A DNA stretch of 64,000 nt from the NCBI GenBank assembly GCA_947594835.1, contig CANQEH010000013.1, positions 8,838 to 72,837 on the forward strand. Reading direction: 5' to 3'. A model generated the notes under the pieces. That model did not search any database. It had not been told where the DNA came from and saw only the letters and a program-made list of their open reading frames with translations. Numbering within the stretch: position 1 is the first letter of the stretch; every line of letters starts with the position of its first letter. This DNA comes from an uncultured Acetatifactor sp. GTDB lineage: Bacteria > Bacillota > Clostridia > Lachnospirales > Lachnospiraceae. The position numbers and the translations under genes are program-made. Shown piece after piece: positions 43,521 through 53,142 of the stretch.

Positions 43521-44978
43521 TTACTTTTCAAATTCCCCGCGGATGTCCTCCGCCGGGGGCTCTAAGGGGTAACGGCCCGTAAAGCAGCCGGTGCATATCC
43601 GCTTTTCCCCCATAATGTCGTACAGCCGCTCCAGCCGCAGATAGGCCAGCGTGTCGGTGCCGATCAGGCTGCAGATCTCCTCCACGCTCCGATTGTAGGC
43701 GATCAGCTGCTCCCTGGCCGGAACATCCGTGCCGAAGTAGCAGGGCCAGAGGAAGGGCGGGGAGCCGACCCGCATATGCACCTCTTTGGCGCCGGCATCC
43801 CGGAGCATCCGCACAATGCGGTCGGAGGTGGTGCCCCGGACGATGGAGTCGTCGATCATGATGATGCGCTTTCCCTCCACCGCCTCCCGGATGGGGTTTA
43901 ATTTTACCTGGACGCTGTTCTCCCGGTTTTTCTGTTTGGGCTTGATAAAAGTGCGGCCCACATAGGCATTTTTCACAAACGCCGTGCCGTAGGGGATGCC
44001 GGACTGGAGGGAATACCCCAGGGCGGCGCAGTTGCCGGATTCCGGCACGCCCACCACAAGATCCGCCTCCACCGGGGAGTCCATGGCCAGGTATTTCCCG
44101 GCCATCAGACGAAAATGGTAGACGCTCGTCTGATCCAGAATGCTGTCGGGGCGGGCGAAATAAATGTACTCAAACACACAGCGGGCCTGCTCTTTCTCCG
44201 GAAGGGCGTGCTCCATATAGGACGTAAGGCCCGTCTCCGGCGAGATCGTGACGATCTCCCCCGGCTGTACGTCCCGGATAAACTCTGCCCCCACCGTGTC
44301 CAGCGCACAGCTCTCGCTGGCAAGCATCCAGGTATTGTCCCGCTTGCCGATGCATAAGGGCCTAAAGCCGAAGGGATCTCTTGCGCCGATCAGCTTCCTG
44401 GGAGACATGATCACAAGGGAGTAGGCGCCTTCTAACTTCGCCATGGCCCTCCCCACCGCCTCCTCCACGGTCTTGGAGTTGAGCCGCTCCCTGGCGATGT
44501 GGTAGGCGATGACTTCGGAATCGATGGTGGTCTGGAAGATGGCGCCGGTGTATTCCAGTTCCCGCCGCAGCGCAGGCGCATTGATGAGATTGCCGTTGTG
44601 GGCAAGCCCCAAAGTTCCCTTCACATAGTTTAGCACCAAAGGCTGGGCATTCTCCCGGGTGGAGCTGCCTGCGGTGGAATAGCGCACATGGCCCACGCCG
44701 ATGTCGCCTTTAAGCTTCTCCAAATTCTCCGGGGTGAATGCCTCGTTCACCAGCCCCATGTCCTTTGAGGAGAGCACTTTCCCCTTGGGGCCGTTTGTGT
44801 CGCTGACGGCAATCCCGCAGCTTTCCTGCCCTCTGTGCTGCAGGGCTAAAAGCCCGTAGTAGATGGTAGAGGAGACGTCGCCCCCGTCAAAATCGTAGGC
44901 GCCGAAGACGCCGCACTCCTCCCGCAGCTTATCGCTTTCCTTTTGCATATCATTCCGATCGATCATGGTTTCCCTCAT
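43521..44978 (-). CDS. purF: amidophosphoribosyltransferase
   Basis: Propeptide followed by the CGVFG nucleophile; PRTase motif IIMIDDSIVRGTT. Confidence 0.95.
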   Translation of the reverse strand: MRETMIDRNDMQKESDKLREECGVFGAYDFDGGDVSSTIYYGLLALQHRGQESCGIAVSDTNGPKGKVLSSKDMGLVNEAFTPENLEKLKGDIGVGHVRYSTAGSSTRENAQPLVLNYVKGTLGLAHNGNLINAPALRRELEYTGAIFQTTIDSEVIAYHIARERLNSKTVEEAVGRAMAKLEGAYSLVIMSPRKLIGARDPFGFRPLCIGKRDNTWMLASESCALDTVGAEFIRDVQPGEIVTISPETGLTSYMEHALPEKEQARCVFEYIYFARPDSILDQTSVYHFRLMAGKYLAMDSPVEADLVVGVPESGNCAALGYSLQSGIPYGTAFVKNAYVGRTFIKPKQKNRENSVQVKLNPIREAVEGKRIIMIDDSIVRGTTSDRIVRMLRDAGAKEVHMRVGSPPFLWPCYFGTDVPAREQLIAYNRSVEEICSLIGTDTLAYLRLERLYDIMGEKRICTGCFTGRYPLEPPAEDIRGEFEK

Positions 44979-44996
44979 CTTTGCCAGACTCTTTCC

Positions 44997-45701
44997 TTAT
45001 AAGCCCAGGCGTTTGAACACCTCGTTATAGGCTTCCTCCACGTTCCCCAGATCCCTGCGGAAACGATCCTTGTCCAGCTTTTCGTTGGTGTTTACATCCC
45101 ACAGCCTGCAGGTGTCGGGAGAAGTCTCGTCCGCTAAGATGATCTGTCCGTGATAGCGGCCAAACTCGATCTTGAAGTCGATGAGCTTTATTCCGGCCTG
45201 GAGGAAGTATGCCTTCAAAACGTCATTTACCTGGAAAGCGTATTTCTTGATGGTCTCGATCTCCTCCCAGGTAGCCAGGTTAAGCGCCCTCGCAAAATAG
45301 TCGTTGATCAAGGGATCGCCCAGTTCGTCATTCTTGTAGGAGAATTCCACGGTGGGTTCTGTAAAGGGAGTTCCCTCCGGCACGCCCAGCCGCTTGGAAA
45401 AGCTGCCTGCCGCCACGTTGCGGACGATCACTTCCAGGGGGACGATCTCCACCCGCTTCACGGCGGTCTCCCGGTCGCTCAGCTCCTGGATAAAATGGGT
45501 GGGAACGCCTTCCTTTTCCAAAAGCTGGAATACATGGTTGGTCATCCTATTGTTGATGACGCCTTTTCCCACGATGGTTCCCTTCTTCTCGCCGTTAAAT
45601 GCAGTGGCGTCGTCTTTGTAGTCCACGATCAGCACGTCCGGGTCATCCGTCAGGAAAACTTTTTTTGCCTTTCCTTCGTAGAGCTGCTCCAGTTTTTTCA
45701 T
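44997..45701 (-). CDS. purC: phosphoribosylaminoimidazole-succinocarboxamide (SAICAR) synthase
   Basis: Trimmed to ATG 45701 (GGAGGAG SD). [16 protein letters not shown]... Confidence 0.95.
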   Translation of the reverse strand: MKKLEQLYEGKAKKVFLTDDPDVLIVDYKDDATAFNGEKKGTIVGKGVINNRMTNHVFQLLEKEGVPTHFIQELSDRETAVKRVEIVPLEVIVRNVAAGSFSKRLGVPEGTPFTEPTVEFSYKNDELGDPLINDYFARALNLATWEEIETIKKYAFQVNDVLKAYFLQAGIKLIDFKIEFGRYHGQIILADETSPDTCRLWDVNTNEKLDKDRFRRDLGNVEEAYNEVFKRLGL

Positions 45702-45762
45702 CTTCTTCTCCTCCATTCCGTAACCTGCAAACTATGCGCCGCTTACTTTTGTGCGCTCATCC

Positions 45763-45791
45763 ATTATAACTGATACCCGCTGTGAAGTCAA
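45763..45791 (-). promoter_or_regulatory. sigma-A promoter TTGACT-17 nt-TATAAT for purCFB
   Basis: The reverse complement of 45786-45791 is TTGACT. The reverse complement of 45763-45768 is TATAAT. Confidence 0.65.
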
Positions 45792-45827
45792 TCGGGGGGC
45801 GGAGTGCGGCAAATGCTTTTGTGTGGC

Positions 45828-45906
45828 GTGTCCGGGGTTTGCATCCTGGATTTTGTGCCCAAGGGTTGTATCCGAGGTTCGCATCCGGGGTTTGTGTCTG
45901 AGTTTT
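45828..45906. repeat. array of six degenerate ~13-bp tandem repeats (G[TC][GA]TCCGGGGTTT-like) just upstream of the pur promoter
   Basis: The units are GTGTCCGGGGTTT, GCATCCTGGATTT, TGTGCCCAAGGGTT, GTATCCGAGGTTC, GCATCCGGGGTTT and GTGTCTGAGTTTT, read consecutively. Confidence 0.7.
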
Positions 45907-45983
45907 TGTTTGATTCGTGTAAATTGTTTGGAGTGACGGCCGGTTCTGCGGCGGGACGTAAAGCTGCGCCGGGCGTCCCCCTT

Positions 45984-47156
45984 CTACCCATCCTCATATT
46001 TCCCCGCCATCGCCAGAATCTCTTCGCCGTATGCGGGATAACGCTTCACGATATCCATGATCTCCCCGCGGGCTCTCCCGGCCACGCCGTCGTTGTAATC
46101 CATCTGTTTGCGCAGCGCCTGGCGGCGCAGGATCAGTTCATGGCGGATTTCCACCATCTCCCGCTTGTCCAACAGCGCTTCGGGCTGGTTCGTCCAGCGG
46201 CCCGGGTCTGCGATGTGATAATTTGACATCCTTGCCAGAAGCTGCTTCTGATAATAGTCCAGCTTGGCCTCCGCCTCCGCGTATACCTTGCGCTCCTCCT
46301 TCTCCTGCTGATACTGCTTCCAGAGCTTCTCCAACGCCTGCCCGCTCTCGGTATTGTATTTCAGGCACAGGTATTCCTGCAGGTTCTTGTTGTTCACATA
46401 TCGGATTTTTACCTTGTTCTGCAGCAGAATCAGCCGGTTCACGGCGTTGATCACCCGGTGCTTTTCCCGCTCCGCGTCCGTGTATTTGATCCAGAGCACG
46501 GTGACGGCCACTGCCGCCGCCCCGCCTGCCAGCACATATCCGATCTTGGTATTCATCTGGAAGGCAAACTGCAGCACCAAAAGCATCAGCACACAGGCTG
46601 CCAGGGCCGTCAGGAAGATAAACGCCATCCCCCGCAGGTTGTCCATCATGGTCTCCAGCTCCGTCCTGCGGTAGGCATAGGCGTGCCTTTCCCTGTCCAG
46701 CCGTTTCATATCCTCCTGCACCAGCGCGCCGTACCGCTCGCACTCCTTCAGCTTGTCGATGCCCTGCTGTATCTGGTCCTCCTGCTGCCGCAGACGGTAA
46801 TAGTCGGCATCCTTCATCCGATTCTTTTTTCCCTGATACCGCTCCCGCTCCCGGACAAAAGAAACCATCCGCCTGGCAATTCCGTTTAAGGCCTCCCGCT
46901 CCTCCTCCGGCAGGGCTTCGATCTCGTCGATGTCCGTCAGATAAGACGTCACCTGGGCATACTCGCCGCTCAACAGATCCTTTTCCCTGGCCGCGTCCGC
47001 CGCCTGCTCCAGACATTCCTCCACATACTGCCTGCGCTGGACGCTGTCGGTAAAGTCCACCTCTGAACCGTCATAGGCCACGGCGTCTTCCCAGTCCTGC
47101 CCATCACTAGCTTCCTCTGTCTTCTTCCTTCCGAACCACTTCTTCCAAAATCCCAT
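45984..47156 (-). CDS. coiled-coil membrane protein (two central TM helices), unknown function; last gene of a four-gene operon
   Basis: 390 aa. Charged heptad-like N- and C-terminal halves flank FIFLTALAACVLMLLVLQFAF and IGYVLAGGAAAVAVTVLWI. Confidence 0.75.
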   Translation of the reverse strand: MGFWKKWFGRKKTEEASDGQDWEDAVAYDGSEVDFTDSVQRRQYVEECLEQAADAAREKDLLSGEYAQVTSYLTDIDEIEALPEEEREALNGIARRMVSFVRERERYQGKKNRMKDADYYRLRQQEDQIQQGIDKLKECERYGALVQEDMKRLDRERHAYAYRRTELETMMDNLRGMAFIFLTALAACVLMLLVLQFAFQMNTKIGYVLAGGAAAVAVTVLWIKYTDAEREKHRVINAVNRLILLQNKVKIRYVNNKNLQEYLCLKYNTESGQALEKLWKQYQQEKEERKVYAEAEAKLDYYQKQLLARMSNYHIADPGRWTNQPEALLDKREMVEIRHELILRRQALRKQMDYNDGVAGRARGEIMDIVKRYPAYGEEILAMAGKYEDG

Positions 47157-47168
47157 TGCCCGCTCCCG

Positions 47169-48026
47169 TCAGTTGCCCACGCTGTTTCGATAGCCGTCCT
47201 TTAAGGCCTGGATGATCCGGTCTGCCTCCTCGTCATACTTTGACCGTTCCACGCCGCCCCGCCGCTCCCGCCTGCCGTACAAAAGGAGGTATTCCGGCTG
47301 CTTTTCCCACTCCTGTGTGAGCTTTTCCATCTCTTTTTCCAGCTCCAGGGCCTGCTCGTAATTTGCCGTCTGTTCCGCCGCAAAAGCGATATACTCCCCT
47401 TCCGTCAGCGTCATCCTCTTTGCCGCCAGATAGTCCCGGTAACAGCCCGGATCCCGGTCGGTCTGGCAGGCTTTGAAAAAGCACTCCGCCGCCCGCTCAT
47501 AGAGCATCAGGCCCGTCAGGGCCACCCCCTTGTTGTGCAGGATGGCACCAAGGCAGCCTGCCGCCGGCAGCGGCTCCCCCTTCTCCTCCGCCTCCCGCCA
47601 TTGCTCCAACAGCGCGTCGTACTCTCTGACCGCAGCCAGATATTTTTTGTTTCTGACCAGAAAGTCCACCTGGCTCTTTCTGCGCTCGATCCGGCTTAAG
47701 CCTGCCCCCTGCTTTAAGACCTGCTCCACCTCTTTCACCACGGGCTCCGGGTACATTCCCACATATCCCATGATGGTGCTCACAAAGGCGCTCAGGGAGC
47801 CCTGCCTGTGCACCAGAGGAGACAGCGCACGGGCCAGTTCCTTCAACCCGCACTCCCGCTCCATCCATCCCAGCAGCCCGTCGCTCATAAGCGACGCATC
47901 CAGCAGGAACGCATTTTCTTTCAGGCAGTAGCACAATTCCTCCATACAGTACACATTGATCTCAAGCCCCGGCACACAGTACGGCAATTTCGCATAATTT
48001 CCCACACAGACACTGACCCGCATCAT
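47169..48026 (-). CDS. hypothetical cytoplasmic protein, helical/TPR-like C-terminal half
   Basis: 285 aa. The start overlaps the upstream stop (ATGA). No recognisable catalytic motif. Confidence 0.7.
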   Translation of the reverse strand: MMRVSVCVGNYAKLPYCVPGLEINVYCMEELCYCLKENAFLLDASLMSDGLLGWMERECGLKELARALSPLVHRQGSLSAFVSTIMGYVGMYPEPVVKEVEQVLKQGAGLSRIERRKSQVDFLVRNKKYLAAVREYDALLEQWREAEEKGEPLPAAGCLGAILHNKGVALTGLMLYERAAECFFKACQTDRDPGCYRDYLAAKRMTLTEGEYIAFAAEQTANYEQALELEKEMEKLTQEWEKQPEYLLLYGRRERRGGVERSKYDEEADRIIQALKDGYRNSVGN

Positions 48027-49315
48027 GATACCCCTTCATACAATTCAATCCGTTCCTTCCAGACCCGTCTGGAAGAAGGGCGGAACTCCCCAAAGCCCAG
48101 GTCTTTGACTTCCACCGCCAGCACATTCTCCGCCTCCAGGTAAAAGTGCACCCGCACGCGCCCAATGTCCCCCGGGAAGCCCTCCAGGCTGATCCTGGCC
48201 TCTTTGCCGCATTTCCCGATGAGGGGCGTCACCCGCACTGTGATCTCACTGCCGTCCTGTACATAAAACTCTGCGGTGTGATCCGCCTCATACCAGTTGA
48301 TCCCTGCGTCCAGGGCCGCGTAATAGGACGCCTCCCCCTGCCGGAACACCTGCATCCCGATGTTTGCCTTTAACCTGTCGTTTCCCAAAAAGACGTGCGC
48401 CTTTCCCGCCGGGCTGGGATTTAACCGCTCCTGCATCCCATAGCAGGCCCCTTTCCCAAACAGGTTGTTGCCCTGGAAGACCCTGCGTCCCCTGCACAAA
48501 AATTTTAGGGAATCCTTCATCCACTCCTGTGAAAAGCCGTCCCCAATGAGGTAGACGCTCTCCACGTTCTCCCCCATCTCACTCTCCGCCAGGCGCAGGA
48601 AAGCGGCGTCCAGCTCCTGGGAGCGCTTCTGCCTTGCCCCAGGCTCCTGGGGCAGCGGCTCCCATGCGTAGAAAGGATGGGCCGTCTCACGGATAAAGGC
48701 CGCCACCGGCGTAGTCCGGCGGTTGCACTCCATCTGATATGCCCGCATACAATTTCCCCGGTAATCAAACAGCATGGAGCTTCTTGCCCAAAGCTCCCGG
48801 GGCTGGCGCAGCATATAATTGTAATAGCTCTCCGTGTGGCTCTGAAAGAACACCTTGTCCGTTTTTAAGTGGACGGCCGCCACCATCTGGTTCAGCACTT
48901 CCAGCACCCTGCCGTCCACCATCTCGCAGGTAATCATCAGCGCGCCGATGCGCTCCGTGGAAGCCGCCTGGCTCAAAAGCCCCAGACTCCTGCGGAAAAA
49001 CAGCGCTAACAGCGCCGCCGGCTCATAGCTCTCCCCCTCGATGAACACGGTTTCCCCGTCCAGGGCCTGCCCAAACAGGTTTTCTATCAGGATCCCCTGG
49101 TTTTCCTCCGCATAGCGCAGCGCTTCCTTGCCGTAAAACCACTGGTTTGCTCCCGGCCTTTTGCAGAGCACCGCAGGGATATTGTATTCCTGCGCCCCGG
49201 CCACCTGGGAGACGGTCTCCACTTCCCCGCTGTCGGAAAAGGCATAGCTGATCTGGCAGGTTTCATTGCCAAGGTCATATCCCACAATCAGTTTTTCACC
49301 GCCAAACAATGCCAT
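48023..49315 (-). CDS. hypothetical protein with Hsp70/actin (ASKHA)-fold-like N-terminus and a beta-rich C-terminal domain
   Basis: LIVGYDLGNETCQISY resembles the phosphate-1 DxG strand of Hsp70/actin ATPases. VYLIGDGFS resembles the adenosine motif. I recall similar Firmicute proteins carrying a DUF5716-type label but cannot verify that. Confidence 0.65.
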   Translation of the reverse strand: MALFGGEKLIVGYDLGNETCQISYAFSDSGEVETVSQVAGAQEYNIPAVLCKRPGANQWFYGKEALRYAEENQGILIENLFGQALDGETVFIEGESYEPAALLALFFRRSLGLLSQAASTERIGALMITCEMVDGRVLEVLNQMVAAVHLKTDKVFFQSHTESYYNYMLRQPRELWARSSMLFDYRGNCMRAYQMECNRRTTPVAAFIRETAHPFYAWEPLPQEPGARQKRSQELDAAFLRLAESEMGENVESVYLIGDGFSQEWMKDSLKFLCRGRRVFQGNNLFGKGACYGMQERLNPSPAGKAHVFLGNDRLKANIGMQVFRQGEASYYAALDAGINWYEADHTAEFYVQDGSEITVRVTPLIGKCGKEARISLEGFPGDIGRVRVHFYLEAENVLAVEVKDLGFGEFRPSSRRVWKERIELYEGVS

Positions 49316-49330
49316 GTGTCTTCTCTCCCG

Positions 49331-52300
49331 CTATTTTAACCGAAACAGATGCCCGTTTAAAAAGTCCTTCCGATAGTATTCCTCCAGCAGGTTGTCCATG
49401 GTGTCCATATCCTGCATGGAGCGGCTGATCACAATGTCGTTGATCAGCTGGAAACGGCTCTCCTGCCCGTCCATGCGGATATCGTTCTTCTGCCGGGAGC
49501 CGCTCTCCGTCAGCTGTGGCTCCTGCCCGTCCATCTCCTCTGTGATGTAATACTGTAAGGTCTCCCCGAAGAAAAGGATAAACTCCTTAAAACATACCCC
49601 GCCGTACACCTCCCGCATATACTCGGAGGTATACTCCTTCGCACCGCCGTCCCCGCTCTCAATCACATAGTGGATGCAGGCCCTGCTGCCGGGTGCGGCC
49701 CGGTATTCGATCAGCGTCTTGTCCGCCAGCTCCTGCTGTACCTGGGGCAGCCTGCTGTACGCCTGAAAGAAAGACAGGTGGATCCCCTCCGCCAGAAACT
49801 CCAGCAGGAAGTCTTCCGCCAGGCGCTGCGCCTCCTCCCCAAGGATCCCCTGATTTTCGGAACAATACTTTACAAAGGCCAGCTTGCAGACCCTCTGGAC
49901 AGGCTCCCCCCGCAGGTACATATTCTGGATCTCCTGAAACACTTCCTGTTCTGTGAGCCGCTCCTTGACAAAGTAACCATAGGCGCACTGTGCTAAAAAC
50001 GCCTCCTCCACCTCCGCCTTCGCCCCCTGGGACAAATAGTAGCGGAAGATATCCATCTTTTCCCCCACAAAGGCGCCGGTGTAAAGCATCTGCACCAGAA
50101 TCCTCTCGCTTAACTTGTAACAGTCCACGCCAAAAGAGCGGGCCGCTTTCCAGACGTCCCTCAGCCCCTTGATCCTCCCCCGGTCATACATGGCCAGATA
50201 CGCAAGCACCACGCCGTCGTACTTCCCCCGCTGGAACGCATGAACCGCCGCCGCCGTCAGCATCGGATCTTCCATCATATGATTTTTTTCCATCATGGGG
50301 CTGATCAGGCGCACCAGCACCTTGGGATCCACAAAATAGGGGCCGTAAGTGTCCAGCCACTGCCTGGCCAGCTGGTGCTGCCCCCGCATGACCATGTACT
50401 GGATCACGCTGCCCCGCTCCTCCACGGTCAGCTCCTCTGCCGGAATCCGTCCCAGAAACCCGTCCAGGGAACGCATATCGTCGGCCTCGTAATAGCAGTG
50501 CATCACCTTTAGGTACAACTCCCGCCTGAGAGCCTGCGAGGCACAGCCCGAAGCCAGCACCCGCAGGCCCCGGTCGATGCGCTCCCTCAGACTCTCCTGT
50601 TCCTCCCGTCCGGCGCCGCACAGATAGATATCAAGCGCCGGGCTCTGCTCCAGATAAGGCAGCAGAAGCCGCAGATAGTGTCCCGGGCGCATCAGCTTTT
50701 CCAGGGTATACTCTGCCGTGGGGATAAAACGATTGCCCCAGGCGTCCTCCAGCACAATGGTATATTCGCTGCCGTACAGCGCCACCCAGGCCTGGCAGTC
50801 CCCCAGCGCATATTCCGCAGGCTGCAGATTCCCGGGCTGGTACACATATACCTTTTTCAGCCTCTCGTCCTCCACCTGAATGAGATGGGCAAACAAAAGC
50901 CTGGAGAGGGGCCCGCAGGTATCCTTATTGATCATGCCGGGCTGCAGCAGCTTGTTGTACAGATCCGCCAGAGGCCGGTTGATATGCTCCCTGCGGATCT
51001 GATCCAGCACGAAATACTCCATCCTGGGCCGGTAAGCTTCCGCGATCTCCCCCAGCTTCTCCCCCTGTTGTAAGATATAATCGTACAGATAAGCCGTGTG
51101 CTCATAGTCCAGATTGTTCTGATAAGAAAAATACATCAGGACAGTCCTGGGGATTTCCTGGGGAACCTTCAGATCCAGGGACATCATATAGTACTCAAAC
51201 AGATTGGTGATGCGGAGTCTTTCGCCCACACCGGCCTGATACCAGGGAAAATACTGCTTCCCCGCCCTGCCGCCTTTGATGAGCAGGGTACAGATCTCCT
51301 GCAAAATCCGCACATCACCCTTTTTCCGATACAGCGCAGCCAGAATCCGAAACAGCGCCGGAGTAAACTCCCGCACCTTTCCCGCCAGATACAGGATCTG
51401 CTCTGTCACCTCCTGACGGATCAGCTCCTGTTTTGCCGCATACCAGAGAATCTGCTGTTCAAACCTTCCCAGCTTGCGCAAAAGCGCCGGGTTGCTGTGA
51501 AGCAGCGCGATGGCCTCGATATAGAGGATGGGACTGGTGCATCCCGTGTCAAACTGCCGCTCTAAGAACACCCATTTCCCCGCCGCCGACTTCTGGTAAT
51601 CCCGGGACAGGTACAGAAGCAGCCAGGCTGCCCGCCAGTTGGCGTCGTCCTGGCGGTAGATCTGTTCCACCTGGGCCGTCACCCGGTTCACATACTCCTC
51701 CTCCGGGTGGATCAATGTGGTTAAGTACAGATAATAAGCCGTCAACGCCTCGTCCGCATTTTTATCCCGCTCCAAAAGCTCCGCCACATGATCCAGAATC
51801 CAGCCGGCCTCGTGATACCGCTCCTCTGTGATGAGCATCTGGGCCTGCAGAAGCCGGGCGCCCGCATCGTTTTCATTCCTGTCCACCAGGCGCTCCACCA
51901 AAGCCCCCGACTCCTTCAGCCAGACGGCGGTGCTGATCTTTTTGGCGCGGAACGCCAGATAGAGGCGCATCAGCTGTACCTGGGCCCGCTTCCGCGAAAG
52001 GGCAGTCTTCCTCTGGCCGTTTCCGTCCCCGCACTGTACCGTCACCGGGATGACCAGGGACACATAACAATTGTACAGGCGGATTTCTCCGAAATTCCGG
52101 CCCTTCCGGCATCCGGCCCCATCGATAAAGACCGGCAGCCTGCAGCGGTTTCCCAAAAAATCGTCGTCAGTGATGAGCTCTTTCTCCGCAAACAAAAAGC
52201 TGCCGTTTAACTCCACGGAGAGCTGAGTAAATCCCCAGCCGTTGCGCACAATGCCGATCTCCCGCTCCGCCACGTCCCCCGGGCCGAATTCCGGCCCAAA

Positions 52301-52909
52301 CTCCAGGGCCATCTGGTCTTCCTCCAGCAGATATTCCACCTTCTGCTTTTTGTTGGCCTGGATCAGAAATTCCTCCACCTGCTGTTCCGATCCGGCATAG
52401 ACGGACAGGGCCCGGTAGGCCTCCGCATACTGGGTATCCCTGCCGGAAAAAATCCCCGCAAACCGCGGCGAGTAAAACAACTTCACCGCCTCCGCCCAGT
52501 CGGTTTTTGCCAGATTGGCAAAATGGAACAGATTTTTGATCACCCCCACGGAAGAATCCAGCGTGTCGTACTCTACGGTGGCCACAAAGGGCAGATAATA
52601 TTCCCCCTGATTGCTGATCACGGAAAAATTTCCCTTTACCACGTCGCCTTCCTCCAGGTGTTCCCCGTGGAAGCAGTAGAAAATCTCCTCCTGAGACCCC
52701 ACAAACTCTGCAGTCAGACATTCCATGCGAAGATCCGAAGACAGCACCGTGCCGTTTGCATAGACTCCCTGGGGCGCATAGAGGAAGAAAGATCCCTCGC
52801 ACTGCTCCCCCCGTTTCAGCGTGATTTCTATTTTTGAACAGGAGAAATCCAGGGATCCGTTTTCATAACAAAAATCCCCCTCCAGAATCTGATCAATGAC
52901 CTGTCCCAT
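49331..52909 (-). CDS. 1192-aa hypothetical protein: two N-terminal beta-sandwich-like modules, ~800 aa of helical repeats, C-terminal beta module
   Basis: Trimmed to the ATG at 52909 (GAGGAGAAGCGGGAGAG upstream). No signal peptide or TM helix. I recall DUF5717-type labels on similar Lachnospiraceae proteins but cannot verify that. Confidence 0.7.
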   Translation of the reverse strand: MGQVIDQILEGDFCYENGSLDFSCSKIEITLKRGEQCEGSFFLYAPQGVYANGTVLSSDLRMECLTAEFVGSQEEIFYCFHGEHLEEGDVVKGNFSVISNQGEYYLPFVATVEYDTLDSSVGVIKNLFHFANLAKTDWAEAVKLFYSPRFAGIFSGRDTQYAEAYRALSVYAGSEQQVEEFLIQANKKQKVEYLLEEDQMALEFGPEFGPGDVAEREIGIVRNGWGFTQLSVELNGSFLFAEKELITDDDFLGNRCRLPVFIDGAGCRKGRNFGEIRLYNCYVSLVIPVTVQCGDGNGQRKTALSRKRAQVQLMRLYLAFRAKKISTAVWLKESGALVERLVDRNENDAGARLLQAQMLITEERYHEAGWILDHVAELLERDKNADEALTAYYLYLTTLIHPEEEYVNRVTAQVEQIYRQDDANWRAAWLLLYLSRDYQKSAAGKWVFLERQFDTGCTSPILYIEAIALLHSNPALLRKLGRFEQQILWYAAKQELIRQEVTEQILYLAGKVREFTPALFRILAALYRKKGDVRILQEICTLLIKGGRAGKQYFPWYQAGVGERLRITNLFEYYMMSLDLKVPQEIPRTVLMYFSYQNNLDYEHTAYLYDYILQQGEKLGEIAEAYRPRMEYFVLDQIRREHINRPLADLYNKLLQPGMINKDTCGPLSRLLFAHLIQVEDERLKKVYVYQPGNLQPAEYALGDCQAWVALYGSEYTIVLEDAWGNRFIPTAEYTLEKLMRPGHYLRLLLPYLEQSPALDIYLCGAGREEQESLRERIDRGLRVLASGCASQALRRELYLKVMHCYYEADDMRSLDGFLGRIPAEELTVEERGSVIQYMVMRGQHQLARQWLDTYGPYFVDPKVLVRLISPMMEKNHMMEDPMLTAAAVHAFQRGKYDGVVLAYLAMYDRGRIKGLRDVWKAARSFGVDCYKLSERILVQMLYTGAFVGEKMDIFRYYLSQGAKAEVEEAFLAQCAYGYFVKERLTEQEVFQEIQNMYLRGEPVQRVCKLAFVKYCSENQGILGEEAQRLAEDFLLEFLAEGIHLSFFQAYSRLPQVQQELADKTLIEYRAAPGSRACIHYVIESGDGGAKEYTSEYMREVYGGVCFKEFILFFGETLQYYITEEMDGQEPQLTESGSRQKNDIRMDGQESRFQLINDIVISRSMQDMDTMDNLLEEYYRKDFLNGHLFRLK

Positions 52910-52965
52910 TCCCACTCTCCCGCTTCTCCTCTGTACCATTCATGACCCGTCCAGGCTTCTATTCC

Positions 52966-52994
52966 ATTATAGCAAACAATGGATAACAGGGCAA
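52966..52994 (-). promoter_or_regulatory. sigma-A-type promoter TTGCCC-17 nt-TATAAT for the four-gene operon
   Basis: The reverse complement of 52989-52994 is TTGCCC. The reverse complement of 52966-52971 is TATAAT. Confidence 0.5.
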
Positions 52995-53142
52995 ATCATT
53001 TCTGAGGGAGGCACCTTTTGAAAAAGGCCGCATATCTATACCATAAATGCAATACGCCGCAAAACCAAAACCACCCGCCGCGCTGCCGGAAAGCGCCGCA
53101 GCCCCGGGTGCAAGCCGCCAAAAGGCAGATCGAGAGGTAACT

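Noticed and set aside
45702-45800. Purine riboswitch or T-box leader upstream of purC.
   Set aside because: The leader between the TATAAT at 45763-45768 and the start codon is only ~55 nt. It lacks the conserved purine-riboswitch junction sequences as I remember them.
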